Shown here piece by piece: positions 26,946-36,313 of a stretch of DNA of 64,000 bases. A program made the position numbers and the translations under genes. This stretch comes from an uncultured Gammaproteobacteria bacterium (GTDB lineage Bacteria > Patescibacteriota > Patescibacteriia > Magasanikbacterales > UBA922): the NCBI GenBank assembly GCA_964522435.1, contig CAZFUL010000003.1:57542-121541 (forward strand), written 5' to 3'. The number at the start of each line of letters is the position of its first letter. The stretch's first letter is position 1. The notes beneath the pieces were generated by a model. It ran no database searches, was not told where the DNA came from, and was given only the letters and a program-made list of their open reading frames with translations.

Positions 26946-27995
26946 TTGATTGTTGTTGCTATGCCTCTCACTAAAACACATGAACGAATTAACATTAATA
27001 ACCGTCGGGTTATTAATGGTGCGGATGCGGATGTTATCCAGCTTTATCCCATGAAGCATACCTTTGCCTGGAATGCCTACAATGTCGGTAATGCCAATCA
27101 TTGGCTTCCAACAGAAATTGCCATGCAAAAAGATATTGAACAATGGCGTTCTCCAACCATTTTAACGGATGATGAACGAAAAGCATTAAAAACCGTCCTT
27201 GGATTTTTTACCACTGCGGATTCTATTGCAGCAAACAATATCGTTATTGCGATGTATCGTCATATCACCAGTCCGGAGTGTCGCATGTACTTATTGCGCC
27301 AAGCGTATGAAGAAGCGATTCATACGCACGCCTATCAATACATTGTTGAATCTTTAGCCTTAGATGAAGGAGAAATTTTTAACATGTATCGAGAAGTAGA
27401 TGCAATTTATAACAAAGCCTCATTTATCTTAAGTTTTAATGAAGGAATCTTTGATCCAAATTTTAAAACAGGAACGTTTGAAAATGACCAAAAATTCTTA
27501 GAAAATATCGCGGTATTTTCATTGATTATGGAAGGTATTTTTTTCTATAGTTCTTTTGCGGTGATGTTTGGATTTCAACGTCAAAGTAAAATGACTGGGA
27601 GTGCTGAACAAATTCAATATATTATGCGTGATGAATCACAGCATTTGAATTTTGGTATTAACCTCATCAACACGATAAAAGAAGAACAACCAGAATTGTG
27701 GACCGAAGCATTTCAACAACGCATTATCAACTTAGTAAAAGAAGCGGCGGTGTTAGAATATACGTTTGCAGAAACGGTATTTCCAAAAGGAATATTTGGC
27801 ATGAATGCTGATGGGTTTAAAAAATATATTGAACACATTGCAGATCGTCGGTTAACTCGTATTGGCTTACCAGAGCAGTTTCATACACCAAATCCATTTC
27901 CTTGGATGAGTGAAGCGATTGACTTATCGAAAGAAAAAAACTTTTTTGAGACACGTGTGACTGAGTATCAAGTGGGTGGAACATTAGATTGGTAA
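26946..27995 (+). CDS. nrdB: Ribonucleoside-diphosphate reductase beta subunit (diiron, tyrosyl radical)
   Basis: 349 aa; EEAIHTHAY (E..H + radical Tyr four residues after His), RDESQHLNFG second iron site. Confidence 0.9.
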   Translation: MIVVAMPLTKTHERININNRRVINGADADVIQLYPMKHTFAWNAYNVGNANHWLPTEIAMQKDIEQWRSPTILTDDERKALKTVLGFFTTADSIAANNIVIAMYRHITSPECRMYLLRQAYEEAIHTHAYQYIVESLALDEGEIFNMYREVDAIYNKASFILSFNEGIFDPNFKTGTFENDQKFLENIAVFSLIMEGIFFYSSFAVMFGFQRQSKMTGSAEQIQYIMRDESQHLNFGINLINTIKEEQPELWTEAFQQRIINLVKEAAVLEYTFAETVFPKGIFGMNADGFKKYIEHIADRRLTRIGLPEQFHTPNPFPWMSEAIDLSKEKNFFETRVTEYQVGGTLDW

Positions 27996-28120
27996 TAAAA
28001 AAATAACAGGCATCGGACGTCAGACCTGCTTTACTTGGTAAATTGTGTCTGAGGTCTGATGCCTGGCTGCAAAGCAGGTTTCTCGTTCAAGCAGACCCTC
28101 CATGCTTGTCGTGTGGAAGA

Positions 28121-28146
28121 GCCCCGATTGTTTCGGGGTTTTTTTG
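28121..28146 (+). terminator. Rho-independent terminator after nrdB (variant of the recurrent GC hairpin)
   Basis: GCCCCGATTGtttCGGGGttttttt. Confidence 0.7.
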
Positions 28147-28151
28147 TTGTA

Positions 28152-28883
28152 TTATTTTCCTTTATTCCTCTTTTGTTCCTGAAACCAGGCAATAGCCTGA
28201 TTCAAATCGTTAGGAGAAAAGGCAGGCCATTGTATTTGTGTAAAGTATAGTTCTGCATAGGTACTTTGCCAGGGGAGATAGTTGGATAATCGTTGGTCAC
28301 CACCCGTGCGAATTACCATATCAACATCAGGAATACCTTTTGTATCTAAATAGGCTTGAACCGTTGCCTCTGTTACCTCTAAGGATGTTAGCCCATCGGA
28401 CATCATGCGTTGTATTGTTCGGACAATTTCGTCTCGGCCGCCATAATTAGCGGCAAGGGTAAGAGTAAGGGTTTTGTTTTGTGCTGTTTGTTCTACAACC
28501 TCTGTCATGTTTCTTTGCACAGAATCTGGAAGTTTGGAAATATCACCAATAAGACGCAAGCGGACATCTTGTTTAAGAAAATCTTCGAGATAATCAACTA
28601 TTTTTTCAAAGAGAGAAAATAAGTAATTCAGTTCTTCTTCGGAACGATTTTTTATATTTTCTGTCGATAAAATATACATGGTAATATAGGGCACGCCAGC
28701 ATCAAGGGCTGCTTGCACAATCCGTTTTACATTTTTTGATCCTTCCATATGCCCCATCATTTTTGGGAGGCCTTTATTTGTTGCCCAGCGACGATTTCCG
28801 TCTAAAATAAGGGCGATATGTTGTGGGGGGGAGAATTGTTCCATAGGAGAACGGTTAGAAGATATAACAAAGAAAGTATACAT
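28152..28883 (-). CDS. uppS: Undecaprenyl-diphosphate synthase (cis-isoprenyl transferase)
   Basis: 243 aa; HIALILDGNRRWA, ...FSTENIKNRSEEE..., RLSNYLPWQSTYAELYF. Confidence 0.9.
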   Translation of the reverse strand: MYTFFVISSNRSPMEQFSPPQHIALILDGNRRWATNKGLPKMMGHMEGSKNVKRIVQAALDAGVPYITMYILSTENIKNRSEEELNYLFSLFEKIVDYLEDFLKQDVRLRLIGDISKLPDSVQRNMTEVVEQTAQNKTLTLTLAANYGGRDEIVRTIQRMMSDGLTSLEVTEATVQAYLDTKGIPDVDMVIRTGGDQRLSNYLPWQSTYAELYFTQIQWPAFSPNDLNQAIAWFQEQKRNKGK

Positions 28884-28967
28884 AGTTCATGGCCAATAGC
28901 CAATACTTTATATAGACTTGAAATTTTTTTTATCTTCTGATATTCTTGTATACGATTAGACACAACT

Positions 28968-29053
28968 GCCCGGGTGGTGGAATGGTAGACACGAGGGACT
29001 TAAAATCCCTTGACCGTAAGGTCGTGCGGGTTCGATCCCCGCCCTGGGTACCA
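28968..29053 (+). tRNA. tRNA-Leu (anticodon UAA), long variable arm, CCA encoded
   Basis: GCCCGGGTGGTGGAATGGTAGACACGAGGGACTTAAAATCCCTTGACCGTAAGGTCGTGCGGGTTCGATCCCCGCCCTGGGTACCA; anticodon loop CUUAAAA. Confidence 0.8.
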
Positions 29054-29064
29054 CTATACAAAAA

Positions 29065-29091
29065 AAGATGGTAAATAACCATCTTTTTTTG
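29065..29091. terminator. Bidirectional terminator between tRNA-Leu (+) and AI-2E transporter gene (-)
   Basis: aaaaaAAGATGGTaaataACCATCTTtttttt. Confidence 0.7.
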
Positions 29092-29108
29092 GTATCAATA
29101 AGCAGTTA

Positions 29109-30164
29109 TTAATTTCTTTGAAGCGGCGTTTTATAGTAATGGTCGTACATGTTCATAACCGCTAAAAACAACGCCATAATGATTGGTCCGATAATAAATC
29201 CAGACATACCAAACAGAACAATACCCCCAAGCGTAGAGAATAATACCAAAATAGGATGCATTTGCGTCTCTTTTTGGATAAGTGCTGGTCGGAGTAAATT
29301 ATCAATGTTACTTATAATAACAGCGCCGACTAATAAAATCGTTACCCCTTCCCACAAATTACCAGTTAAGAGCATAATACAGCCTACAGGGAACCAGACT
29401 AAAAACGAACCTACCGCGGGAATAATTGCAATAACCGTCATAATCACGGCCCAAACAAAGGCTGCTTCTACGCCAGTAATCGCAAAGGTAATCCAACCCA
29501 GTAGCCCTTGGATACCCCCAATAATAAAGGTCCCTTTTAAGGTTGCTCGTGTCATGGAGGTAAACCGTTCAGAAAGCATTTCTTCGTATTTTTCTCCTAA
29601 GGGAGAGAGATGCATGAGACGCTTGAGCATGCGCGTCCCATCTTTAAAAAAGTAATATAGGGTATAGAGCATGATAAAAAACATAAACGTAAAGCGAATA
29701 GAGTTTTGGGTGATGCTCTTTACGTTTTCGAAAATAAAGACACTAATATTTTTTGCAATATTTGCTGCTTGGGTAGACCATTCTGTGCGTATTTTATCTA
29801 CCACAGGGGAGAGGAGTTCGCTATCGAGTTGCAAGGTAACGGCGTCTACTTTTTGAACATAGTCTCCAGCAGATATGCGTTGATAGAGGTTCACTGATTC
29901 ATTTACCAAAAGTGTAGAAATAAGGATTAATGGTAAGAACAGTACGATAATAACGGAAATAACTGAAATAATAGAACTTAAGCTTGGATGTTTCAGATAT
30001 TTATCAATCCATCGATAGAGCGGATGAAATAGGACGGCAATTACTGCAGCCCAAAAAATTGGGAAAAAAAATGGGCGAATAAGATACAGAGCAACAACGC
30101 CAAGTAACACAATCAATGCGAGAAAAAATCCAGACTGCACCGTATTAAATTGAAGTGGACGCAT
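29109..30164 (-). CDS. AI-2E family transporter (UPF0118/PerM-like permease)
   Basis: 351 aa; ~8 TM helices, ...IFWAAVIAVLFHPLY... and C-terminal GGIVLFGMSGFIIGPIIMALF typical of the family. Confidence 0.7.
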   Translation of the reverse strand: MRPLQFNTVQSGFFLALIVLLGVVALYLIRPFFFPIFWAAVIAVLFHPLYRWIDKYLKHPSLSSIISVISVIIVLFLPLILISTLLVNESVNLYQRISAGDYVQKVDAVTLQLDSELLSPVVDKIRTEWSTQAANIAKNISVFIFENVKSITQNSIRFTFMFFIMLYTLYYFFKDGTRMLKRLMHLSPLGEKYEEMLSERFTSMTRATLKGTFIIGGIQGLLGWITFAITGVEAAFVWAVIMTVIAIIPAVGSFLVWFPVGCIMLLTGNLWEGVTILLVGAVIISNIDNLLRPALIQKETQMHPILVLFSTLGGIVLFGMSGFIIGPIIMALFLAVMNMYDHYYKTPLQRN

Positions 30165-30310
30165 AGGACAATAAAACAGAGATAAATGTATATAGCTAGT
30201 GTAGCAACAATACGGACTTGTGTACAGCTGTAAGCCTTCTTTTTGAGATAAGATAAAGTGTGCTATAATTATATATACATACTATTCTTCATGCTCTATT
30301 TTATTTTTTT

Positions 30311-31291
30311 ATGAAAGAACCAACCTATCGCAATGCACTTGCTCATGCCTGGCAGATAACAAAAACACAAAAGATGCTGTGGTTTTTTGGTTTTTTTGCT
30401 GCGTGGTTAGGACAAATGGGGCTTATGGATATGGTGGCGCATATGATTGTTACGCAAAAAGAGTTTGCTTGGTATCCAACGGTATTTAGTATAAAAACGC
30501 AGATTCCTGCTATTCTTCAATCGTTTGAAGCCGTAGATTTTTCTTTTGCTGATAAGTTATGGTTTGGTTGGTTAGGTCTATTTTTACTTGGTGTTGGTAT
30601 TGCCTTGATTTGTGTATCAATTGCCTCCCAAGGAGCGCTTATTCACGGAATTTCTCAATCATTTTCTCGGGTAAAAAAACATATTGATGTTTCAACCGCT
30701 TGGCATAGTGGGGTATCCCATTTGGGAAGATTATTTTTTGTCCAATTACTGAAAAAAGGAATTATTTTTGTGATCACCTTCTTTTTAGGCTTAGCCTTGG
30801 TCAATGTTATTGATACAGGAAAACAGGCACAAGAACTTGTTGTATTTTTTGCCTTATTTATTCTGGGAACCTTTGTGGGGGTTGTGGTCTCATTACTGTC
30901 TGTATATGCGGCGGGATATATTGTCATTGAAAAGTATGGTTTTGTTCAGGCAATTCATGAGGCATGGAATTTATTTAAAGCGCATTGGCTTGTATCGTTA
31001 GAAATTGGCGTTATGTTGTTGTTTGTTAACCTGTTAGCAGCAATGCTTATTTTTTGTATTGGACTTTTCTTTTTAGTAGAAATGGGGATACTGTGGGCAG
31101 CTGCTATCAGCATACAGAGTACATTTTTGTGGATGATCAGTGTATTTTTTGGTATAGGGCTGTTGATTGTAAGTATTGCGGCTGTTGGAACCGCCATGAA
31201 TGTATTTACTACCTCAGTATGGACATATCTCTTTGTTCGTATGCATAAAAAAGGAATGGTGAGTCGTATTCTTCATCTGTTAGTAAAGTAA
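30311..31291 (+). CDS. Hypothetical polytopic membrane protein
   Basis: 326 aa, 7-8 hydrophobic helices, no catalytic motif recognized; stop 3 nt before pilB start. Confidence 0.45.
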   Translation: MKEPTYRNALAHAWQITKTQKMLWFFGFFAAWLGQMGLMDMVAHMIVTQKEFAWYPTVFSIKTQIPAILQSFEAVDFSFADKLWFGWLGLFLLGVGIALICVSIASQGALIHGISQSFSRVKKHIDVSTAWHSGVSHLGRLFFVQLLKKGIIFVITFFLGLALVNVIDTGKQAQELVVFFALFILGTFVGVVVSLLSVYAAGYIVIEKYGFVQAIHEAWNLFKAHWLVSLEIGVMLLFVNLLAAMLIFCIGLFFLVEMGILWAAAISIQSTFLWMISVFFGIGLLIVSIAAVGTAMNVFTTSVWTYLFVRMHKKGMVSRILHLLVK

Positions 31292-31294
31292 CCT

Positions 31295-33022
31295 ATGGGA
31301 ACAGGATTTAGTTCGATTGAAGACTTACTTGGTGCATCAAAAAAAACAGGGTCATCAGGAAAAGCACCAGCATATGGTAGTCCAGAAGATCTGTTTCACA
31401 AAAAGATGAAGCAAGTCTCTCAAAAAGAAAAAGAAGTTGAGGTGCAACGATCGGCTGCCCTTGTTTCTGTTCCGTATATTTCGTTAGAACATTTTCCGGT
31501 GAGCCATGAAGCCTTGCGTCAAATTCCAGAACAAGAGGCCCGAGACAAACAAGTGGTCTGTTTTTTTGCTACACCAGAAGAGTTTCGTTTAGGAGCCGTA
31601 TCTCCGACAGATGGGCAGGCAGATGAGCTCTTGCATGTTCTTGAAGAAAAAAATAACTCGCACGGAAAAATATATTCTATTTCTGAAGCCAGTTTGCAGC
31701 ATGTGTTGTTGTTATATAAAACGCTTCCTGTGGTACATGCAATTAGTAAAGACGTTTCGATTCAAGCATCCGAATTAGAGCAAGTACAAGCCTCGGTGAA
31801 TGATTTTTTGCAGTTTCAAGAACAATTACGCAAGAGTACGACAACAGATTTGCTCACCTTTATTATGGGGGCTGCGTTAAAGCTAGAAGCCTCTGATGTG
31901 CATATTGAAGCAGAAGAACAGCGGATTGTGTTGCGTTTTCGTATTGATGGTATTTTGCACGATGCGGCAAGTATTACTTCTGAGCAGTATAAAAAACTGG
32001 TTTCTCGGTTAAAATTACTGTCCTCATTAAAAATCAATATCACGGATAAACCGCAAGATGGACGCTTTACCGTAAAAACAAGTACGGGAGATATTGATAT
32101 TCGTGTTTCTCTTATTCCAACTATTTATGGAGAGAGTATTGTTATGCGTTTGTTGGTACAACGCCAAGAAGCCTATTCTTTTGAAGAGTTGGGTTTACGT
32201 GGGCAACAGCTTGACCGGTTAAAACGAGAGATGGATCGTCCCAATGGTATGATTATTACGACTGGGCCAACAGGGTCGGGGAAGACAACAACGTTATATG
32301 CCATGATGCATCAGTTAAATAAACCAGATGTTAAAATTATTACGCTCGAAGATCCAGTAGAATATAAAATGCCGGGCATTAACCAAAGTCAAATTGATAG
32401 GAGCAGTGATTATACATTTGCAAAAGGATTACGTTCATTATTACGCCAAGATCCTGATATTGCCATGGTGGGAGAAATTCGTGACTTAGAAACAGCTGAC
32501 ATTGCCATTCAGGCAGCATTAACAGGTCATTTAATGCTTTCTACGGTGCATACGAATGACGCTTTTGGGGCCATTGCTCGATTTTTATCTATGGGAGTAC
32601 AACCCTTTTTATTAGCCCCTGCATTAAACTGTGTGATTGGACAGCGCTTAGTTCGACGCTTGCGTGATGATTTGAAGCAACCAACGACCTTAACGGCAAG
32701 TCAACAAGAACGAGTGACGGCACTTATTGAAGATCTACCAGAACCTCTCCGTGCGGAAGTAAAAAATAGACCGCAAGTATTTTATTCTGTTCCAGAAGAA
32801 AATCCTCAAGGTGAGTTAGGATACCAAGGACGCTTAGGTATTTATGAGGTGTTTGTGGTTGATGATGACATTGAAGCTGCGATTAGTGCGGGAAACGTTG
32901 GAGAAGTCGATATTCGTCGTCTTGCAAAGAAACAAGGTACCATTACCATGGCGCAAGACGGTATATTAAAAGCGCTTGATGGCCTTACCTCTGTTGAAGA
33001 AGTCTTTCGTGTGATAGAATAG
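31295..33022 (+). CDS. pilB: Type IV pilus assembly / type II secretion ATPase (GspE/PilB family)
   Basis: 575 aa; N-terminal GspE_N-like region, Walker A TGPTGSGKTTT, Asp box LEDPVEY, Walker B/His box MVGEIRD...TGHLMLSTVHTN. Confidence 0.85.
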   Translation: MGTGFSSIEDLLGASKKTGSSGKAPAYGSPEDLFHKKMKQVSQKEKEVEVQRSAALVSVPYISLEHFPVSHEALRQIPEQEARDKQVVCFFATPEEFRLGAVSPTDGQADELLHVLEEKNNSHGKIYSISEASLQHVLLLYKTLPVVHAISKDVSIQASELEQVQASVNDFLQFQEQLRKSTTTDLLTFIMGAALKLEASDVHIEAEEQRIVLRFRIDGILHDAASITSEQYKKLVSRLKLLSSLKINITDKPQDGRFTVKTSTGDIDIRVSLIPTIYGESIVMRLLVQRQEAYSFEELGLRGQQLDRLKREMDRPNGMIITTGPTGSGKTTTLYAMMHQLNKPDVKIITLEDPVEYKMPGINQSQIDRSSDYTFAKGLRSLLRQDPDIAMVGEIRDLETADIAIQAALTGHLMLSTVHTNDAFGAIARFLSMGVQPFLLAPALNCVIGQRLVRRLRDDLKQPTTLTASQQERVTALIEDLPEPLRAEVKNRPQVFYSVPEENPQGELGYQGRLGIYEVFVVDDDIEAAISAGNVGEVDIRRLAKKQGTITMAQDGILKALDGLTSVEEVFRVIE

Positions 33023-33050
33023 TATCAGTATTTTTTAATTTGCCTGTTAT

Positions 33051-34193
33051 ATGGTGTCTCGTCGTTCACAAACAAGTATTGTTCAGGAACAGCCAGTTCG
33101 TTTTTATAAACTTATTGCCTTAACATTTTTGGTATTAACCATTGCCTTATTAGGTATTGTTGTATTTATGTCTGCGAAGCGAGCAGAAATTACTATTAGT
33201 ACAAAAGTTGCTCCTATTGATATTACTTCTGACATTGTATTTTCTTCTGATCAAACACATGGCGTTGCCTATGAAATGGCAACTACCACAATAACTGAAG
33301 AGCGTCAATTTAAACCAAGTGGAACTAGAGAAGAGTTAGGAATTGCCGAAGGTATGGTGACCTTGCATAATGAAAGTACCCTTGATCAACCCTTGGTTGC
33401 GACAACCCGACTTCAGCAAGGAGATATTGTCTTTCGACTAAAAGAACGAGTTGTTGTTCCTGCGAAAGCGACGGTACAAAACGTTGCTGTGTATGCTGAT
33501 AAAGAGGGGGCTGAGTATCATTTACCGCCCACACGCTTTATTATTCCTGGTTTGCAAGAAGCAAAACAAAAAGAAATATATGCAACGAGCGATGCGCCTA
33601 TGACTGGCGGGATACGAAATATTGGTATTATTTCTTCTGAAGATATGGAGCAGGCGATTGCCAGTATGCGTGCGTATATTGAAAAAAAAGCCGCAGAAAC
33701 ATTTTCACCCGAATCAAGCAGTGGCAAACAAGCGCTTTTTCATGTGCAATCATTAGCCGTGGTACCCTCGCATGAGGTGGGTGAAGAAATTGATGCCTTT
33801 ACCCTTCAAGCAACTGCTGAGGTATTGATTGTGTCTTATGCGAGTGATGCCCTGCAGCAATGGGCGAAACAGGAGCTCACTAAACGTTCTTTAGAACATA
33901 CAGATCTTATACAACCGAGTGATAAAGCCCCTACCGTCACCTTTGTTCATTATGATGCGTCTAAGCAAGAAGCCACCGCACGTGTATTTTATGATGGGAC
34001 GGTAAGTTTATCCGCCGAAAGTAAACAAATAGAAAAGGCATTATTTTTTGGAAAAGATAAAAATGAAGTACGTCGATATTTATTAGGATTGGACCATGTA
34101 CATAGTGTTGACGTGAAATTACATCCTGCTTGGATTCAAACAGTGCCACACATTGCAGATCATGTAACCGTTATTATCCAAGAAGTAGAATAA
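33051..34193 (+). CDS. Hypothetical membrane-anchored protein (single N-terminal TM, large extracytoplasmic domain) downstream of pilB
   Basis: 380 aa; KLIALTFLVLTIALLGIVVFMSA anchor; no family recognized. Confidence 0.4.
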   Translation: MVSRRSQTSIVQEQPVRFYKLIALTFLVLTIALLGIVVFMSAKRAEITISTKVAPIDITSDIVFSSDQTHGVAYEMATTTITEERQFKPSGTREELGIAEGMVTLHNESTLDQPLVATTRLQQGDIVFRLKERVVVPAKATVQNVAVYADKEGAEYHLPPTRFIIPGLQEAKQKEIYATSDAPMTGGIRNIGIISSEDMEQAIASMRAYIEKKAAETFSPESSSGKQALFHVQSLAVVPSHEVGEEIDAFTLQATAEVLIVSYASDALQQWAKQELTKRSLEHTDLIQPSDKAPTVTFVHYDASKQEATARVFYDGTVSLSAESKQIEKALFFGKDKNEVRRYLLGLDHVHSVDVKLHPAWIQTVPHIADHVTVIIQEVE

Positions 34194-34202
34194 AAAATTT
34201 TC

Positions 34203-34480
34203 TTGACAAAAATATATCGCGAGCGTACTATGTAGGTACGCTCTTTTGTTTCGTTTGTATAAGAATCAACCCAGAGTACACCGCTCGTTATAGAGAGGGA
34301 AAAGAGTTGCTGAAACTTTTCCTAACGAGAATTGCTCATGGTACCAGTCTTAAAGAAACCACAATACATAAAAGTAAAATAATTGGGTGGAACCGCCTTT
34401 GTTAACAGTTATTCTCAGGCCCCGATATAGTAGGTAATAAACGTCTTGTTTGTTGCATACTATATCGGGGTTTTTTATAT
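34203..34480 (+). promoter_or_regulatory. T-box riboswitch leader of thrS: promoter TTGACA-N17-TACTAT, Stem I with AGAGA and Thr codons, T-box sequence AAUUGGGUGGAACCGCC, terminator hairpin + U-run
   Basis: Promoter 34203-34231; T-box consensus AATTGGGTGGAACCGCC at 34381-34397; 13-bp terminator stem CCCCGATATAGTA...TACTATATCGGGG (34420-34470) followed by TTTTTT; GAAACU (34312-34317) and AAACC (34356-34360) provide ACU/ACC Thr specifier candidates; 23 nt from U-run to thrS ATG. Confidence 0.7.
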
Positions 34481-34502
34481 ATAATTAATTATTTATCTAT
34501 CT

Positions 34503-36260
34503 ATGAGTATGCATGACAAACAGTATCTTGAACACCTTCGTCATTCTGCTGCGCATTTGCTTGCCGCTGCCATTATGGAATTATGGCCAAACAGCAAAAG
34601 AACGATTGGTCCTTCTATAGAAAATGGGTTTTATTTTGATTTCGATTTTGGTGATATAAAAATTTCTGAAGCAGATTTTCCTGCTATTGAAAAAAAAATG
34701 CATGACTTGCTGCCCAGTTGGAAAGGGTTTGAACGGCATGAACTCTCCGGGGATGACGCAAAAAAAGAATATCCAGACAATGCGTTTAAGCATGAATTAA
34801 TTGATGAATTTACCAAAAATGGAGAACTGGTATCTTTTTATAAATCAGGAAATTATTGGGATTTATGTCGTGGGGGGCATGTGAATCATCCGGATCAAGA
34901 AGTACAATATTTTAAGCTGCTTTCTGTTGCTGGAGCCTACTGGCGTGGAAGTGAAAAAAATCCTATGCTTACCCGCATTTATGGGACAGCATTTCCTTCT
35001 CAACAAGCATTAGATGAACATTTACAGATGCTTGAAGAAGCAAAAAAACGTGATCATAGAAAAATTGGTCAAGAACAAGGATTGTTTTTTATTGATGACA
35101 TGGTAGGAAAAGGGTTGGTGTTATGGCAACCAAACGGCATGATTATTCGTGAACAAGTAGAACAGTTGGCAAAAGAAAAAGAACGGGCTGCGGGCTATAA
35201 ACGGGTCGCAACACCGCATCTCGCCAAAGAAGAGCTTTTTTTAACCTCAGGACATTTGCCTTATTATAAAGAGGGGATGTATCCTCCAATGGTGATGGAT
35301 GATGGCACATATTATTTAAAAGCCATGAATTGTCCGCATCATCATATTATCTATAACCATGAGCCGCATAGCTATCGCCAATTACCGTTGCGATTAGCAG
35401 AATATGGAACCTGTTATCGAAACGAGCTGTCTGGGACCCTTGCTGGGCTATTACGGGTGCGGGGACTGGCCATGAACGATGCGCATATCTATTGTCGAAA
35501 AGATCAAATTGAAGAAGAATTTCGTTCTGTTATGACCTTAACCATGGAGTATTTTGCGATTTTTGGTTTACAAAATTATTGGTTCCGCTTGTCAAAATGG
35601 AGTAAAGATCATACAGACAAATATATTAATGAACCAGAACATTGGGAATATGCAGAAGGAGTATTGCGTACCGTCCTTCAAGATATGAAGGTACCGTTTG
35701 TGGAAGTCGATGATGAAGCAGCGTTCTATGGACCAAAAGTCGATGTACAGTTTAAATCAGCCGTTGGAAGAGAAGAAACCATGTCTACCATTCAATTAGA
35801 TTTTGCTGCAAAAAAACGTTTTGGATTAGTATATACGGATCAAGAAGGCAAAGAAAATAACGAGGTATTTGTGATTCATCGTGCCCCACTATCAACGCAC
35901 GAACGCTTTACCGCCTTTTTGATTGAACATTACGCAGGAGTATGGCCTGTGTGGCTTGCACCGGTTCAAGTAGCTATCTTACCTGTTTCTACAGACAAAC
36001 ATCTTTCTGGCGCACAAGCATTTGCAAAAGAATGTGAGAAAAAAGGATTGCGGGTCTGGGTGGATGATGCTGCTGAAACGGTTGGGAAAAAAATCCGTAA
36101 TGCCTCTAAGAGTAAAATTCCGTATGTGCTTGTGATGGGAGATAAAGAATTATCTGGTGACCTGTTAACTGTTCGTTTTCGAGGGCAAGAGGAACAACGA
36201 GAAATGCTGAAACAACAGTTTATTGACCAGGTTTCTCAAGAAATAGCAGAAAAAAAATAG
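34503..36260 (+). CDS. thrS: Threonyl-tRNA synthetase (lacks N-terminal TGS domain; editing domain present)
   Basis: 585 aa; editing-site HxxxH (HLRHSAAHLL) and Cys (WDLCRGGH); class II core CPHHHIIYNHEPHSYRQLPLRLAEYGTCYRNE; anticodon-binding domain. Confidence 0.9.
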   Translation: MSMHDKQYLEHLRHSAAHLLAAAIMELWPNSKRTIGPSIENGFYFDFDFGDIKISEADFPAIEKKMHDLLPSWKGFERHELSGDDAKKEYPDNAFKHELIDEFTKNGELVSFYKSGNYWDLCRGGHVNHPDQEVQYFKLLSVAGAYWRGSEKNPMLTRIYGTAFPSQQALDEHLQMLEEAKKRDHRKIGQEQGLFFIDDMVGKGLVLWQPNGMIIREQVEQLAKEKERAAGYKRVATPHLAKEELFLTSGHLPYYKEGMYPPMVMDDGTYYLKAMNCPHHHIIYNHEPHSYRQLPLRLAEYGTCYRNELSGTLAGLLRVRGLAMNDAHIYCRKDQIEEEFRSVMTLTMEYFAIFGLQNYWFRLSKWSKDHTDKYINEPEHWEYAEGVLRTVLQDMKVPFVEVDDEAAFYGPKVDVQFKSAVGREETMSTIQLDFAAKKRFGLVYTDQEGKENNEVFVIHRAPLSTHERFTAFLIEHYAGVWPVWLAPVQVAILPVSTDKHLSGAQAFAKECEKKGLRVWVDDAAETVGKKIRNASKSKIPYVLVMGDKELSGDLLTVRFRGQEEQREMLKQQFIDQVSQEIAEKK

Positions 36261-36273
36261 CGTGTTGCTCTAT

Positions 36274-36305
36274 AAAAAAACCCCGATTGAATCGGGGTTT
36301 TTTAT
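36274..36305. terminator. Bidirectional terminator (recurrent CCCCGATTGAATCGGGG hairpin) between thrS (+) and hypothetical gene (-)
   Basis: aaaaaaaCCCCGATTGAATCGGGGttttttat. Confidence 0.8.
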
Positions 36306-36313
36306 CATATATG

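Noticed and set aside
28004-28120. Structured 3' region after nrdB considered as SRP RNA or another small RNA
   Set aside because: Lacks the GGAAGCAGC SRP domain IV motif. The inverted repeats resolve as the uppS (minus-strand) terminator overlapping the nrdB terminator region, i.e. convergent terminators.
34130-34405. 91-aa plus-strand ORF between the pilB-neighbour gene and thrS
   Set aside because: Region is better explained as the thrS T-box leader (promoter, T-box motif, terminator). The ORF has no RBS.
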